Part shown: piece after piece, positions 1 through 11,910 of the stretch
How positions within the stretch are numbered: the first letter of the stretch is position 1
Layout: each line of letters starts with the position of its first letter
NCBI RefSeq assembly: GCF_004010195.1
Contig: NC_057718.1
Coordinates: 56,805,166 to 56,869,165 of the forward strand
Direction: 5' to 3'
DNA from: Chiloscyllium plagiosum
Lineage: Eukaryota
DNA length: 64,000 bases
Translations under genes and position numbers: made by a program
Notes under the pieces: generated by a model
Databases searched by the model: none
Seen by the model: only the letters and a program-made list of their open reading frames with translations
Told to the model about the DNA's origin: nothing

Positions 1-435
1 GAGTGAGAGAGAGTGAGAGAGAGTGAGAGAGAGTGAGAGAGAGTGAGAGAGAGTGAGAGAGAGTGAGAGAGAGTGAGAGAGAGTGAGAGAGAGTGAGAGA
101 GAGTGAGAGAGAGTGAGAGAGAGTGAGAGAGAGTGAGAGAGAGTGAGAGAGAGTGAGAGAGAGTGAGAGAGAGTGAGAGAGAGTGAGAGAGAGTGAGAGA
201 GAGTGAGAGAGAGTGAGAGAGAGTGAGAGAGAGTGAGAGAGAGTGAGAGAGAGTGAGAGAGAGTGAGAGAGAGTGAGAGAGAGTGAGAGAGAGTGAGAGA
301 GAGTGAGAGAGAGTGAGAGAGAGTGAGAGAGAGTGAGAGAGCGAGAGAGCGAGAGAGCGAGAGTGAGAGAGAGTGAGAGAGAGTGAGAGAGAGTGAGAGA
401 GAGTGAGAGAGAGTGAGAGAGAGTGAGAGTGAGAG
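1..435. repeat. (GAGTGAGAGA)n decamer tandem repeat, truncated by the window start, with a short GAGC variant patch at about 339-360
   Basis: Directly visible near-perfect tandem array. Confidence 0.98.
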
Positions 436-1625
436 ATGGGTACCGAACTTGACTATCAGCATCTGCTCAGCCACTTTGCTTTGATGCCTGAACCGAAGTC
501 TGCCTTGGAGGATGATCACCCGAAGATGCAAGGTCGAATGTCCCGGACCCCTGAAGCATTCTCCAACAGGGAGAGAACATTCCTGTCTGTTGATTGTTGT
601 GCGACGTCCATTCATTCGTTGCTATTGCCTCTGCTCAGTCTTGCCAATGTATCATGCTTCAGGGCATCCTTGTCTACCCCATACACTGCAGGCAATGTTA
701 GCTGAGTCACATTAGTACCTGCCACTTACATGGTGGCAGGTGTCCCCACACATAATGGTGGTATCTGTGTCGACACTCTGACACGTGTTGCAGCATCTAC
801 CATGACAAGGTTGTATGGTGTTGTCCTGAAAGCCGAGCAGTTTGGTGTGAACAATGATCTGTTTGAGGTTTGGTGGTTGTTTCAAAGATGAGAAGTGGTG
901 GCGTGGGGAAGGTCTTGGTGAGGTGCTCATCCTTATTGATAATGCATTGCAGGCTGTGAAGAACATGGTGTAGTTTTTCAGTTCCTGGGAAGTACTGGAA
1001 AACAAAGGGTACCCTGCCAATTGCAGCTCGTGTCTGTCTCCTGAGGAGGTAATTACGGTTTCTCGCTGTGGCACGTTGGAATTGGCGGTCAATGAGTTGA
1101 GCATCATACCCCGGTTCTTATGAGCTTCCTTGAGTACTTCCAGGTGCCTGTCACCTGTTCCTTCTCATCTGAACAGATCCTGTGTATGCGAAGGGCTTGT
1201 CCATAGAGGATGGCTGTTTTAATATATTTCAGGTGGAAGTTGGAGAAGTGTACATCGTGAGGTTATCCGTGGGTTTGCAGTAGAGTGAAATGCTGAGGTG
1301 CCCATCCTTGATGAAGATGCATGTGTCCAAGAATGAGACAGATAGTAGAGAGTAGTCCATGGTGAGTTTGATGGTGGGATGAAACTCATTGACATCACGG
1401 TGTAGTTTTCTTCAGTGACACCTTGCCATGAGCCCAGAGGGAGAAAATGTCGTTAATGTACCTGTTGTTGGTTGGAGGTACTGCATAGAGAAGTAGTCTT
1501 GTTTGAACCTGTACATGAAAATGTTGGCATGTTGGCATGCAAATTTGTTCCCCATAGCTGTTCCGTGTGTCTGGATGAAGAACTGGCTGTCAAAGGTGAA
1601 AACGTTGTGGTCGAGGATAAAGCCC
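436..1625 (-). mobile_element. Decayed Penelope-like retroelement fragment (RT C-terminal half, Cys linker, GIY-YIG endonuclease)
   Basis: Minus-strand peptides ILDHNVFTFDSQFFIQTHGTAMGNKFAC (PLE-type RT 'G.AMG' motif), PCHGRCCNTCQ (Cys linker) and RQGCPEA*YIGKTEQ (YIG motif); stops and frameshifts present. Confidence 0.8.
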
Positions 1626-3788
1626 TCTGGTTTTGGACTCCCCATGAGAGGGAAAAGACCTTGGCTATTCACCCTATTCATGCCCCTCATGATTTTATAA
1701 ACCTCTATTAGATCACCCCTCAGTCTCAGATGCTCCAGGGAAAATAGCCTCAGCTATTCAACCTCCCCCTACAACTAAACCCTCCAATCCTGGCGTCATT
1801 CTTGTAAATCTTTTCTGCACACTGTCAAATTTAACAACATCTTTTCTACAGAAGGATGAGCAGAATTGCATGCAGTATTCTGAAAGTGGCCTCACCAATA
1901 TCCTACACAGCCACAACATGATATCCCAACTCCTATACTCAATGCACTGACCAATGTTGGCAAGCATGCCAAATGCCTTCTTCACAACTCTGTCTACCTG
2001 GAACTCCACTTTCAAGGAACTGTGCACCTGCATCCAGAGGTCTTTTTGTTCGGCAACATTTCCTCGGACCCTACCATTAACTGTACAAGTCCTGCCCCTG
2101 TTTGCCTTATCAAAATGCAACACCTCACATTTATATAAATTAAATGCCATCTGCCACTTCTCGGCCCAGTGGCTCATCTGATCAAAGTACCATTGTATTC
2201 TGAGATAATTCTTCATCACTGACCACTGCAACACCTATTTTTGTGTCATCTCCAAACTTACTAAACATGCTTCCTTTCTTCACATCCAAATCATTTATAT
2301 AAATGACGAAAGGGAGTGGATCCAGCAGTAACCCCTGATGCACTCCATTAGTTATAGGCGTCCAGTCCAAAAAGCAATCCTCTACCATCACCCTCTGTTT
2401 CCTATCTTCAAGCCAATTTTTTTATCCAATTGGCTAGCTCCCCCTCCATCCCAGTCCCATCTGATCTAACATTACTAACCATTCTACTAAATGGAACCTT
2501 GTCGAAGGCTTTGCTGAAGTCCATGTAGATATCTACCACTCTGCCTTCAATCTTTTTTGTTCACTGAGACATGATTTCCCACACACAAAGCAGTGTTGAT
2601 GTTCCTGATCAGTCCTTTCCTTTCTAAATGCAAGTAAATCCTGTCCCTCAGAACCCTCTCCAACAACTTGCCCACCACTAAAATAACACACACCGGTCTA
2701 TAGTTGTCTTTTCCCTACAGCCTTTCTTAAATATTGGCACCACATCAACCAACCTCCAGGCTTCTGGCATTTGGCCTATAACTGTTGATGATACAAATAT
2801 CTCAGCAAGGAGTCCAGCAATCTCTTCCCTAACTTGCCACGAAGTTCTGGGAAACATTTGATCAGGTCCCAGGGATTTATCTACCTTTATCAGTTTTAAG
2901 ATCTCCATCAACTCTTCTGTAATATGAACTCTCTTCAAGATATCACTATTTATTTCCTCAAGTTCCCAAGCTTCCATGTCCTTCTCCAGAGTAAATACTG
3001 ATGTGAAATATTCATTTAGTATCTCGCCTCGGTGGCACAGTGTGGGCGGCACAGTGGCTAGCACTGCTGCCTCACAGCGCCAGAGACCCGGGTTCAATTC
3101 CAGCCTCAGACGTCTGACTGTGTGGAGTTTGCATGTTCTCCCCGTGTCTGCGTGGGTTTCCTCCGGGTGCTCCGGTTTCCTCCCACAATCCAAAGATGTG
3201 CAGGTCAGGTGAATTGGCCATGCAAAATTGCCCGTAGTGTTAGGTAAGGGGTAAATGTAGGGGTATGGGTGGGTTGCGCTTCGGCGGGTCGGTGTGGACT
3301 TGTTGGGCCCAAGGGCCTGTTTCCACACTGTAATGTAATCTAATCTAAAAAAGATCTAATCTAATCTCACCCATCTCCTGTGGTTCCACACATAAATGGC
3401 CATATTCTTCTTAAAGGGCCCTATTCTCTCACCATTAAAGTACTCATATCATCTCTCTGGATTCTCTTTAACGCTTTTTGCCAAAGCTATCTCATGTCTC
3501 CTTTTTGCCCTTCTGATTTTCCCCTTAAGTATAATCCTACTGCTCTCATGCACCTCTAGGGATTCACTTGACCCCAGCTGTTTGTACCTGACATCTGCCT
3601 CTTTTTTTCTCAACCAGAGCCTCAATTTCTCTTGTCAAACAGCATTCCCTACACTACCAGCTTTGCTCTTCATACTAACTGGTACATACTATCTCTGAAG
3701 TCTCGGTATCTCATTTTTAAAAGGCCTCCCACTTCTCCACCAACCCTTTACCTGTGAATGCCTTACCCCAATCAATTTTTCAAAGTTC
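1626..3788 (-). mobile_element. CR1-type LINE ORF2 fragment (RT and C-terminal region), interrupted by a V-SINE at 3029-3363 and by a PLE at 3789; resumes at about 6648-6815
   Basis: Peptides GVHQGLLLDPLPFVIYINDLD..SKFGDDTK, WAEKWQMAFN..KCEVLHF and LNEYFTSVFT..VDKSLGPDQMFPR are typical CR1 ORF2 motifs. Confidence 0.88.
3029..3363 (+). mobile_element. HE1-like V-SINE (tRNA-derived head, V-domain, LINE-like tail)
   Basis: A-box-like GGCACAGTGGCTAGC, B-box GGTTCAATTCC, V-domain TGTGTGGAGTTTGCATGTTCTCCCCGTGTCTGCGTGGGTTTCCTCCGGGTGCTCCGGTTTCCTCCCAC, (TAATC)n tail; imperfect TSD atctcRcc at 3021-3028 / 3364-3371. Confidence 0.9.
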
Positions 3789-6647
3789 CATCCCCTTTGT
3801 TGTCGCCACCACAGCCACTTCCGCCTCATAAACATCAACTATGCCACATGTCCCACCAATTCCGCCCCTTTTGTTGCCACCACCGCAGCCACTTCTGCCC
3901 CCACCATCACCTATGCCATGCATTCTGTCACATTCGCACTCGTAACTTCCACCGTCGCACCCACTTCCGCTCCCACTGACGCCACTCACCTGAACACCGC
4001 CGACAGAATCGCCTATGACACACCCCCCGCGGATCCTACAGTCACCACCTTCACCCCCCAATTCCCGCGGTGAGCGTTACTTCCGGAAATGACGTCACCC
4101 CTGGTCCCTCTACTACCACTCCCACTTCAGTTAGTCTCCACCCCCACTCCCAGCTCCAGCCCAACATCAAGTCCTAGCTCCCAGCCCTGCCAAGTCTTTA
4201 CCATCCCCTGAGACCTACCCTCATTGAGGACGAACAATGAGTCCGCAGCAACGACCTTACCTTCATCCCAGTCTGCTCCCAGATCAACAAATTCAACACG
4301 CATTGTGACATCGAACACTTCAGCTGCCTTCAGGCTTACTTTTTCCACCAAGACTTCTGCCCACCTTCCGAGGACCCCTTCTCCCGCCTCCAACACACCC
4401 CACCTGGACACACCGTGCCGATCTGTCATCTGCTCTCAATCTCTTTATTTCCAAATGCCGCCGGACACTGACTGCCTCAACCTGTCCACCTCCCCCCACC
4501 CACTCCAACCTCTCACCCTTGCAACTCACAGCCCTCTACTCCCTTTACTCCAAACCCAACCTCTCCATCAAACCAGCAGACAAGGGGGTGCACAGTGGTA
4601 GTCTGGCGCACTGACATCTACATTGCTGAAGCCAGGCGCCAACTCAAAGACACCTCCTCCTACTGCCCCCTCGACCACAACCGCACCTCCCATCACCAAA
4701 CCATCATCTCCGAGACTGTACAAAACCTCATCACTTCAGGAGATCTCCCACCCACAGCTTCCAACCCCACAGTTCAGGAACTCCGCATCGCCCAGTTCTA
4801 CCTCCTACACAAGTTCCACAAACCTGACTACCCCAGCTGACCCATCATCTCGATCTGCTCTTGCCCCACCAAACTCATCTCCACATACATCAATACTGTC
4901 CTATCCCCTCAGTCCAGGAACTCCCCACATACTTTCGGGACACCACCCATGCCCTCCACCTCCTCAGAGACTTTAGTTTCCCTGGCCCTCAACGCCTCAT
5001 CTTTACCATGGACATCCAGTCCCTACACACCTCCATCCGCTATGACAAGGGTCTCCAAGCCCTCAGTTTCCTCCTCTCCCGATGTCCCCACCAACACTCT
5101 CATTTGTTTGACTGAACCGGTCCTCACCCTCAATAATTTCTCCTGTGAATCTTCTCACTTTCTTCAGATGAAAGGACTAGCCATGGGCCCCTGCATAGAC
5201 CCAGCTATGCCCGTCAGTTTGTCAGTTATGTGGAACAGTCCATCTTCCACCGTTACACCGGCACCATTCCCCACATTTTCCTCCGCTACATTGATGACTA
5301 TATCGGCGCCACTGCGTGCTACCACGAGGAGGCTGAACAGTTCATCAACTTCACCAACATATTCCACCCCAACCTTAAGTTCGCCTAGACCATCTCAGAC
5401 ACCAACCTTCTCTTCCTGGACCTCCCCATCTCCACCAAAGGTGACCGACTCAACACTGACAACTTCTACAAACCCACCGACTCCCACAGCTACCTAGATT
5501 AGACCTCTTCCCACTCTGCCTCCTGTAAAAGCACTATCCCTTATTCCTAAATCCTCCGACTTTGCTGCATCTGCTCCCAGGAGGACCAGTTCCACCACAG
5601 AACACACCAGATGGCCTCCTTCTTCAAAGACCACAATTTCCCCTCCCAAGTGGTTGCTGATGCCCTCCACTGCATCTCATCCACTTCCCGCACCTCTGCC
5701 CTCGAACCCCACGTCTCCAACTGCAACAAGAACAGACCTCTCCCACCCCCCTCCCCCATCCCGGTCCTCACCTTCCACCCTATCAGCCTCCGTATCTATT
5801 GCATCATCCTCCGCCATTTCTGGCCACCTACAAACGGACCCCACCACGAGAGATTTTTCCCTATCCACTTTCCGTAAAGACCATTCCCTCTCTCGTCAGG
5901 TCAACGACCCCCACCAACTCACTCTCCCCCACCCCGGCACCTTCCCCTGCCACCACAGGAATTGCAAAGCCTGCGCCCACACCTCCCCTCTCACCTCCAT
6001 TCAAGGTCCCAAAGGAGCTTTCCACAACAGAGTTTTACCTGCACTTCCACACGTCATTTACGGTATCCGTTGCTCCCAATGCTGTCTCCTCTACATTGGG
6101 GAGACAGGAAGCCTACTCGCAGACCGCTTCAGAGAACATCTCCAGGAAACCCACACCAACCAATCCCACCGCCCCGTGACTGAATACTTCAATTCTATCT
6201 CCCACTCCGCCAAAAACATGCAGGTCTTGGGCCTCCTCATTCGCCACTCCCTAACAACCTGACGCCTGAAGAAAGAACACCTCATCTTCTGCCTCATGAC
6301 ACTACAACCGCCCTGGCATCAATGTGGATTTCACCAGTTTCCTCATTTCCCTTCCCTCCACTTATCCTATCTACAACCTCCCTCATGTCCTGTCCTACCT
6401 GTCCACATTCCTTCCTACCAATCCGCTCCACTCTCCTCTCCGACCTAACATCATTGCTCACACGTCCATCTACCTATCGTACTCTCCGCTACCTTCCCTC
6501 CAACCCCACTGCCGCTCCCATTTATCTCACCATCCCCTTGGCTCACAGCCTCATTCCTGATGAAGGGCTTTTGCCCGAAATGTCGATTCTCCCGCTCCTC
6601 GGATGCTGCCTGACCTGCAGTGTTTTTCTAGCACCATTCTCTCGACA
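3789..6647 (+). mobile_element. Near-complete but decayed Penelope-like element: C-rich low-complexity 5' part, RT, GIY-YIG, 3' terminal repeat with hammerhead motif
   Basis: Peptides DKGG..VVW, FTMDIQSLHTSI, GLAMGPC, LRYIDDYIG (5281-5307), FPCHHRNCKAC and VIYGIRCSQCCLLYIGETG; many frameshifts. Inserted in a CR1 with aaagttc repeated at both junctions. Confidence 0.9.
6557..6584 (+). ncRNA. Minimal type I hammerhead ribozyme motif at the PLE 3' end
   Basis: CTGATGA-A-GGGC(TTTT)GCCC-GAAA-TG-TC: conserved core boxes and 4-bp helix II; helix III palindrome ACGT changed to ATGT, probably by CpG decay. Confidence 0.7.
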
Positions 6648-6900
6648 TTTAAAAGTTCTTACCTAATACCACCAAAATTGGTCTTACTCCAATTTAGAAC
6701 TTTAACTTTTTGATCAGTTCTACCCTTTTCAATAACTATTTTAAAACTAATAGAATTATGATCACTTGCCCCAAAGTGTTCTCCTACTGACACCTCAGTC
6801 ACTTGCCCTACCTTACTTAATCACGGCTTGCAGTATTTAAAAGCTCTATTTAGGTAGCATTCAAACACTGTACAGAATATAAATTTAATTTATATTATTC

Positions 6901-7114
6901 AAAAAACAAAGAACTGTGGATGTTGGAAATCTAAAACAACAACAGAAATAGCTGGAGAAATTCAGCAGGTCTGGCAGTATCTGCGGAAAGAAGCAAAGAC
7001 AAGGTTTCAGGTTCAGTGGCACTTCTTCAGAACCCTGAAACTTTAACTATGTTTTCTTTCCATACATGCTTTTAGACCTCCTGAGTTTCTCCAGCTACTT
7101 CTGTTTTTGTAACT
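6901..7114. mobile_element. Old fold-back PLE-terminus insertion with degenerate hammerhead motif (minus strand, about 7004-7030)
   Basis: Imperfect inverted arms (acagaaatagctggagaaattcagcagg / cctcctgagtttctccagctacttctgt); TSD tattattc at 6893-6900 / 7115-7122. Confidence 0.7.
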
Positions 7115-7453
7115 TATTATTCCTTGGGATATAGGTATCATGAACAAACCACACATTTATTACCAAGGTACTTCCAAAAAGCTGTCTGTTAGGGAGTTCA
7201 AAGATTTTGACCAGAAACAACGGAGGTACATAAGTCCAAGTCAGGATGGTTTACTTAGAAGGGGAATTTGGATGTGATACCGTTCCTTCTCCATAAGGAT
7301 ATATTAAATGCTCATTTGTAAAACACATATTTAAGATTACTTTGATTAAAAATCTTAAAACAGCTCTAATTTTTGAGAATTTCTATTCTTCAATTGCAGT
7401 TACTAGAACAGTAGATAATGGAAATGCTGCTGTTTAATTTGTTGAAAAGTTAC

Positions 7454-7595
7454 CGTCTTTAATTCCTGACGTAGTTGCTGGTTCAAATTTGTTGATTCTT
7501 CTAATCGTGCTTCAAGACTGGCAATTTTCTCCTCTTTTATTTCAAGAGACTTTTTTAATGTGCTTTCAAGTTTGGACTCCAGAAGTTTATACCTG
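7454..7595 (-). CDS. CCDC88A: Girdin (CCDC88A) exon, 142 nt (139 nt with the distal acceptor at 7592), phase 2/0: (S)RYKLLESKLESTLKKSLEIKEEKIASLEARLEESTNLNQQLRQELKT
   Basis: Tandem acceptor ctttTAG CAG G; donor ACG|gtaac (7453-7452). In frame with the phase-2 end of the 20445 exon; peptide is Girdin-like. Confidence 0.95.
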
Positions 7596-7871
7596 CTAAA
7601 AGTTGTACATTAACATAGAAAATGGTTTAATTAGAAGTTTTCTCAGCTATGCTTTAAAACAGTTTGCTGATAATCTGATATAAAAATACAGTAAATGCAG
7701 AACACATACTAAGTTCTTGGGACAAATCTATTTTGTGTGTTCATTACTTAGATCTTTAAAGGTGATAGAACATCTGAGAAAGCAGTCAGAGAGGCATGAG
7801 AGATGTGAGATTGTAAAGAATTGGTAGGAGTACAAAACAAAAGGCAAGTTATAAGGAAATTAAAACTTTAG

Positions 7872-8062
7872 TTTCTCCCCACCCCCACCCTCCTCTAGCT
7901 TATCTCTCCACGCTTCAGGCTCACTGCCTTTATTCCTGATAAAGGGCTTTTGCCTGAAACGTCGATTTCGAAGCTCCTTGGATGCTGCCTGAACTGCTGC
8001 GCTCTTCCCGCACAACTAATCCAGAATCTGGTTTCCAGCATCTGCAGTCATTGTTTTTACAA
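7872..8062 (+). mobile_element. PLE 3'-terminus fragment with mutated hammerhead motif (CTGATAAAGGGCTTTTGCCTGAAACGTC, 7936-7963)
   Basis: Similar to the PLE end at 6530-6640 and to the 44166 element; core G8>A. Confidence 0.75.
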
Positions 8063-9299
8063 CTAGAGTAATATACATCTATGTCTAACATTGTTTGCTT
8101 TAATATTGCCAAGTTGATAGGGCTTGTGCTCTAATTGAGCATCACAAGATTAATTTTAATGTTGTTTCCCACATGATCAGATTAGTGCTATTACGAATGG
8201 TTCCTGCTGCCCTCTCTCCGTGCCAAACCATCTGACTTTCAAGTTCTCCTCTTCCTCGACCTCCATACCTGCAGTCTCTCCCTCTGCCTGATCATTCAGT
8301 GTGTGGCCTCTTCCCCTCTTCAACCCTCCTAGTCCAAGATCCTAGTCTGATACCAGAGCTCGAAGATTGTGAAAGTGCAAACCCCAATGATGCAGAGGTG
8401 CTGAGCCGCAGTTGTTATAATCTGTGTTTTTTTTTAGAAAAGTGATTTTGAAGCTTCTCCTTCTGCCTCTTTCCAGTGGTACACTTCTCTGGGGTGCGCA
8501 CACGCAGCAAGGGTTCAGGAGCATGAGGCAGTAGGTTTTTTAAAATGTGGGTTATAATAGCCACAGATTAGTGGACTAATTTGGATTAACACCTTCACAA
8601 CTGCAGAGCTTCGGCATTAGATTGGGATCTTGAATGGGAATCTAAGTTCAGGAAACAGAGCAGTGAACGAATGTGTCAGGGAGAGACAGACAGAGGCCAC
8701 AATTCAGAGTGATTCAGGAAGGGGATGATGGCAGAGTGCTTAGAAAGAATACAGGGTGACAGTGCCGTGTCTGAGAGGGAAGAATTTACAAATTGGAAGA
8801 TTGGAGAGGGGGAAGAGGCTGCAAATTTGAGACCAAGGGAAGCGGGGCTACTGGAAGATGGGTCAGGAGGAAGATGATTTGTAGAGATCAGGATGGACCA
8901 GGAGCAGCTGCTTAGGAAGCAGATTTGGGCAAAAGTGAGCTGGACTGACTTAACAGAAAGTTACTTTTTCCTTATACTGAAAAAAATTGCTAAATTCCTA
9001 TGTTGCTAAATTCAATGTAAAAGTATTTCAATTACACGGTATAATTTTTTTCCTTATAAGGAAGATCATATAAATCTAACTATATTTTTTGCATTGGTTT
9101 CAATAAAAAAATTAAATTCACTTAAAGTCAATTGCTTTTAGGAATACAACTTCAACTTTCAGTGAGGACTTGACGCATTGCATCCAATGTTGGTTACCAC
9201 ACTTGAAGAAAGTTGTGAAAGTCACAGAGATAGTACAGGGAAGATTTACCACAAAAGTTACAGGGATGAGGGGCTAGGTAAGCAGATGCAGTTGAGGTA

Positions 9300-10200
9300 A
9301 TAGCACAGCATATGATTTGGAAGAATAGTTTAAACCAAGTGGAACACAGCTTGAGCTGGCTAAACAGCACATGGAGCAGCTTGAAACAGGAAAAAGGAGA
9401 AAACTTGAAAGAGAATTGGAGAGGTCTGAATATGAACCCCATAAAAAGTAGTTGTTGTGGGAAGGCAACAATCGGAAAGAAAATGAGAATTTTAATGAGG
9501 GGAAAAATTAAGAAGCATGTACAGGCTAAAGAAAAGCTTAGACTACATGGGTTTAAGTCAATGGAAATGACAGCACAAAGAACAAAAGTAATGTTATGAA
9601 ACAAGTATGTTTACATTGCTATAACACAGAAATTGTAAAAGCAAGTTGTTGGAAGTGTAATGATAAATGAATGGAAATAATACGGATGCTTCAAGAGTAT
9701 TGAAACAATTAAGCATCAGAAAAAGAAACGGGTATTAGTAACAATGATGCATGTGAAGTATGTTCCCTCAGAACCTGTTAGAATGGGGATGCTACTCAGG
9801 ATAGACGAGAAAATTCTTCCTTGAATACTGTTACAGTAAGCCAGGTTCTGCCTCGAAGGCAGAAGTGTTACATTACTTCAACAATACAAGTTAAAAAAAA
9901 ATTCACAGGTTGAAAGCTACTTGGACAAATCAGTCATTGCTGGTAGTTGATGATATAATTTGCATTCCAGATGGTTTGATGGAAGAGAAATAACTATTGT
10001 ACAAAATAAACAGGTTAACTTATGAAGTAACTGTGGGAATTGTTCCTAGTTCTCCACTGAAGATGTGGATTTAATACAAAGTAACGATCTGGCAGGTCTA
10101 AATTCTCAGCATCTCCAACAATGCTAGCTGATGTTATGAAAGCTAAGATTTTGCAGGAGTATTATTCTGGAATGTTTCTCAATTGAGCAGTAGCTGCAGC
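9300..10200 (+). mobile_element. Highly decayed Gypsy-like gag/protease remnant
   Basis: Frameshifted VTVGIVPSS..DVDLIQSNDLAG (about 10027-10097) resembles the 'D(L/I)LGNDLAG' protease C-terminus of Gmr1-like Gypsy elements; no intact ORF. Confidence 0.45.
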
Positions 10201-11169
10201 CCAAGTTTGAAATGGTAGACCGAATTAACAGCTTCCCCAGAATAAAAAAAGATCTAATGCCACAAATGCAAGATATCAAAAGGTAGAATGAGGAAGGAAC
10301 TAGGCTCTGCTAAAGAAAAACTGATTAGTGGAGAGAATCAACTTTTGGCACGAGAGGCTTAATGAGAAACATTAATGAGAAACATAATTGGTAACAATAC
10401 CTGGGTATCAGTTACAGAAGTAAAACACTTGAATGCTGGAATGATAAACTTGTGGAAGCAAATTCAACCCTGATAGATTCTCAATTAAAACCTGCTGAAT
10501 ATCAAGTATCAGAAGTATATACGAAATATTATGAAAAACAGCTCAAACAGGAGGAGTTGCCAATGAACCATAGTGGCTAGCTGAATTCAGAATTAAAAAC
10601 CCAAACTGATGAATGATGGAACTTTGCATTGCAGAAAGCAACAAAAGTTTGAACACCAATGCAACAAGTATCTTGTCACTTAGCCTAAGTCTGAATGTTA
10701 CTGCATTAGAAATGGACAGCTTCAGTATCTGAGAGTAGTGAATGCTGCTGAACATTGATAAATGCACAATGGACATCTCCACTTCTGACCTTATGATGGA
10801 GAAAAGGAAATTGAAGAAGCTGAAAATGGTTGGGCACGGGACATTATCCCGAGGGAGTCCTGCAGACATGACCTGGGACTTAGGTGATTTATATCCTTCA
10901 ACCATAACCATTGTCCTTTGGGATAGGTATGAATACAACCAACAGCATTTTTCCCCCCCAATTCCCACTGACTCCAGTTTTGTCAGGACTCTTTGAAGTC
11001 ACATTTGGTCAAATACTGCTTTGATGTCATGGGCAGTCATGCTCTTCTGCTACAAGTTAAGCTTTTTAAAAATCAATATTTGGACTAAGGCTGTAATGAG
11101 GTCAGGTGCTGAGTGAGCATCTGCTGCAGATTGGTCAAATACAATTTTTCCACTATTTCAGTGTTGTTC

Positions 11170-11910
11170 ACTTTGGAAGGAAGAACAAAAAAAATCAATA
11201 TGTTATTTAAATGGATAAAAACTACAGAAAGCTACAACACAAAGGGACCTGGGGGTACTTGTGCCAGGATACACAGAAAGCTAGCATCCAATGCACCAGG
11301 TAATCAGGAAGGCTAAAGGAATGTTGGCACTTATTTCTAGGAGATTGGAGTATAAGAGTAAGGGAGCCTTATTGTAACTGCACCATCTGGAGTATTGTGA
11401 GCAATGTTGGTCCCCTTATTAAAGGAAAGATATGATTTCACTGCAGGCAGTTCAAAGAAGTTCAATCGGATGATCCCCTGTATGAAGGATGGTCTTAGGA
11501 TCACAGGCTACACAGGTCAAGACTGTACTCACCGGAGTTTAGAAGAATTGAAGGACATCTCAATGAAATATATAGGATTCTCAACAGGCTTGTCAGGGTA
11601 AATGCAGACAGAGAGAATGTTTCCACTTATGAGGAAGAGTCTAGGACAGAGGACAATCTCAGAATAAAGGGGTGCCAATTTCAGACTGAGATGAGGAATA
11701 ATTTCTTCTCTCAGAAGGTTGAGTGTCTTTGGAACTCCTCACCTAAAGAGAGCCATGTGTATTTAGGGCTGAGATAGATAAACTCTTCATCAGTAGAGGA
11801 ATCTAGGGTTACAGAGAAAACACAGCAGGTAGACTGTTGAATCTGCCTTTGAATGGTGGAACAGGCATGGGGCGGGGAGGAGATGGCCTATTCCCACTCC
11901 TATTTCTTAG
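11170..11910 (+). mobile_element. Decayed CR1 3' fragment
   Basis: catctggagtattgtgagca (HLEYC motif) and CR1 3'-end-like gagatgaggaataatttcttctctcagaaggttgagtgtctttggaac. Confidence 0.7.

Noticed and set aside
2678..3328. 216-aa minus-strand ORF
   Set aside because: Chimera of antisense V-SINE sequence read into a CR1 ORF2 fragment.
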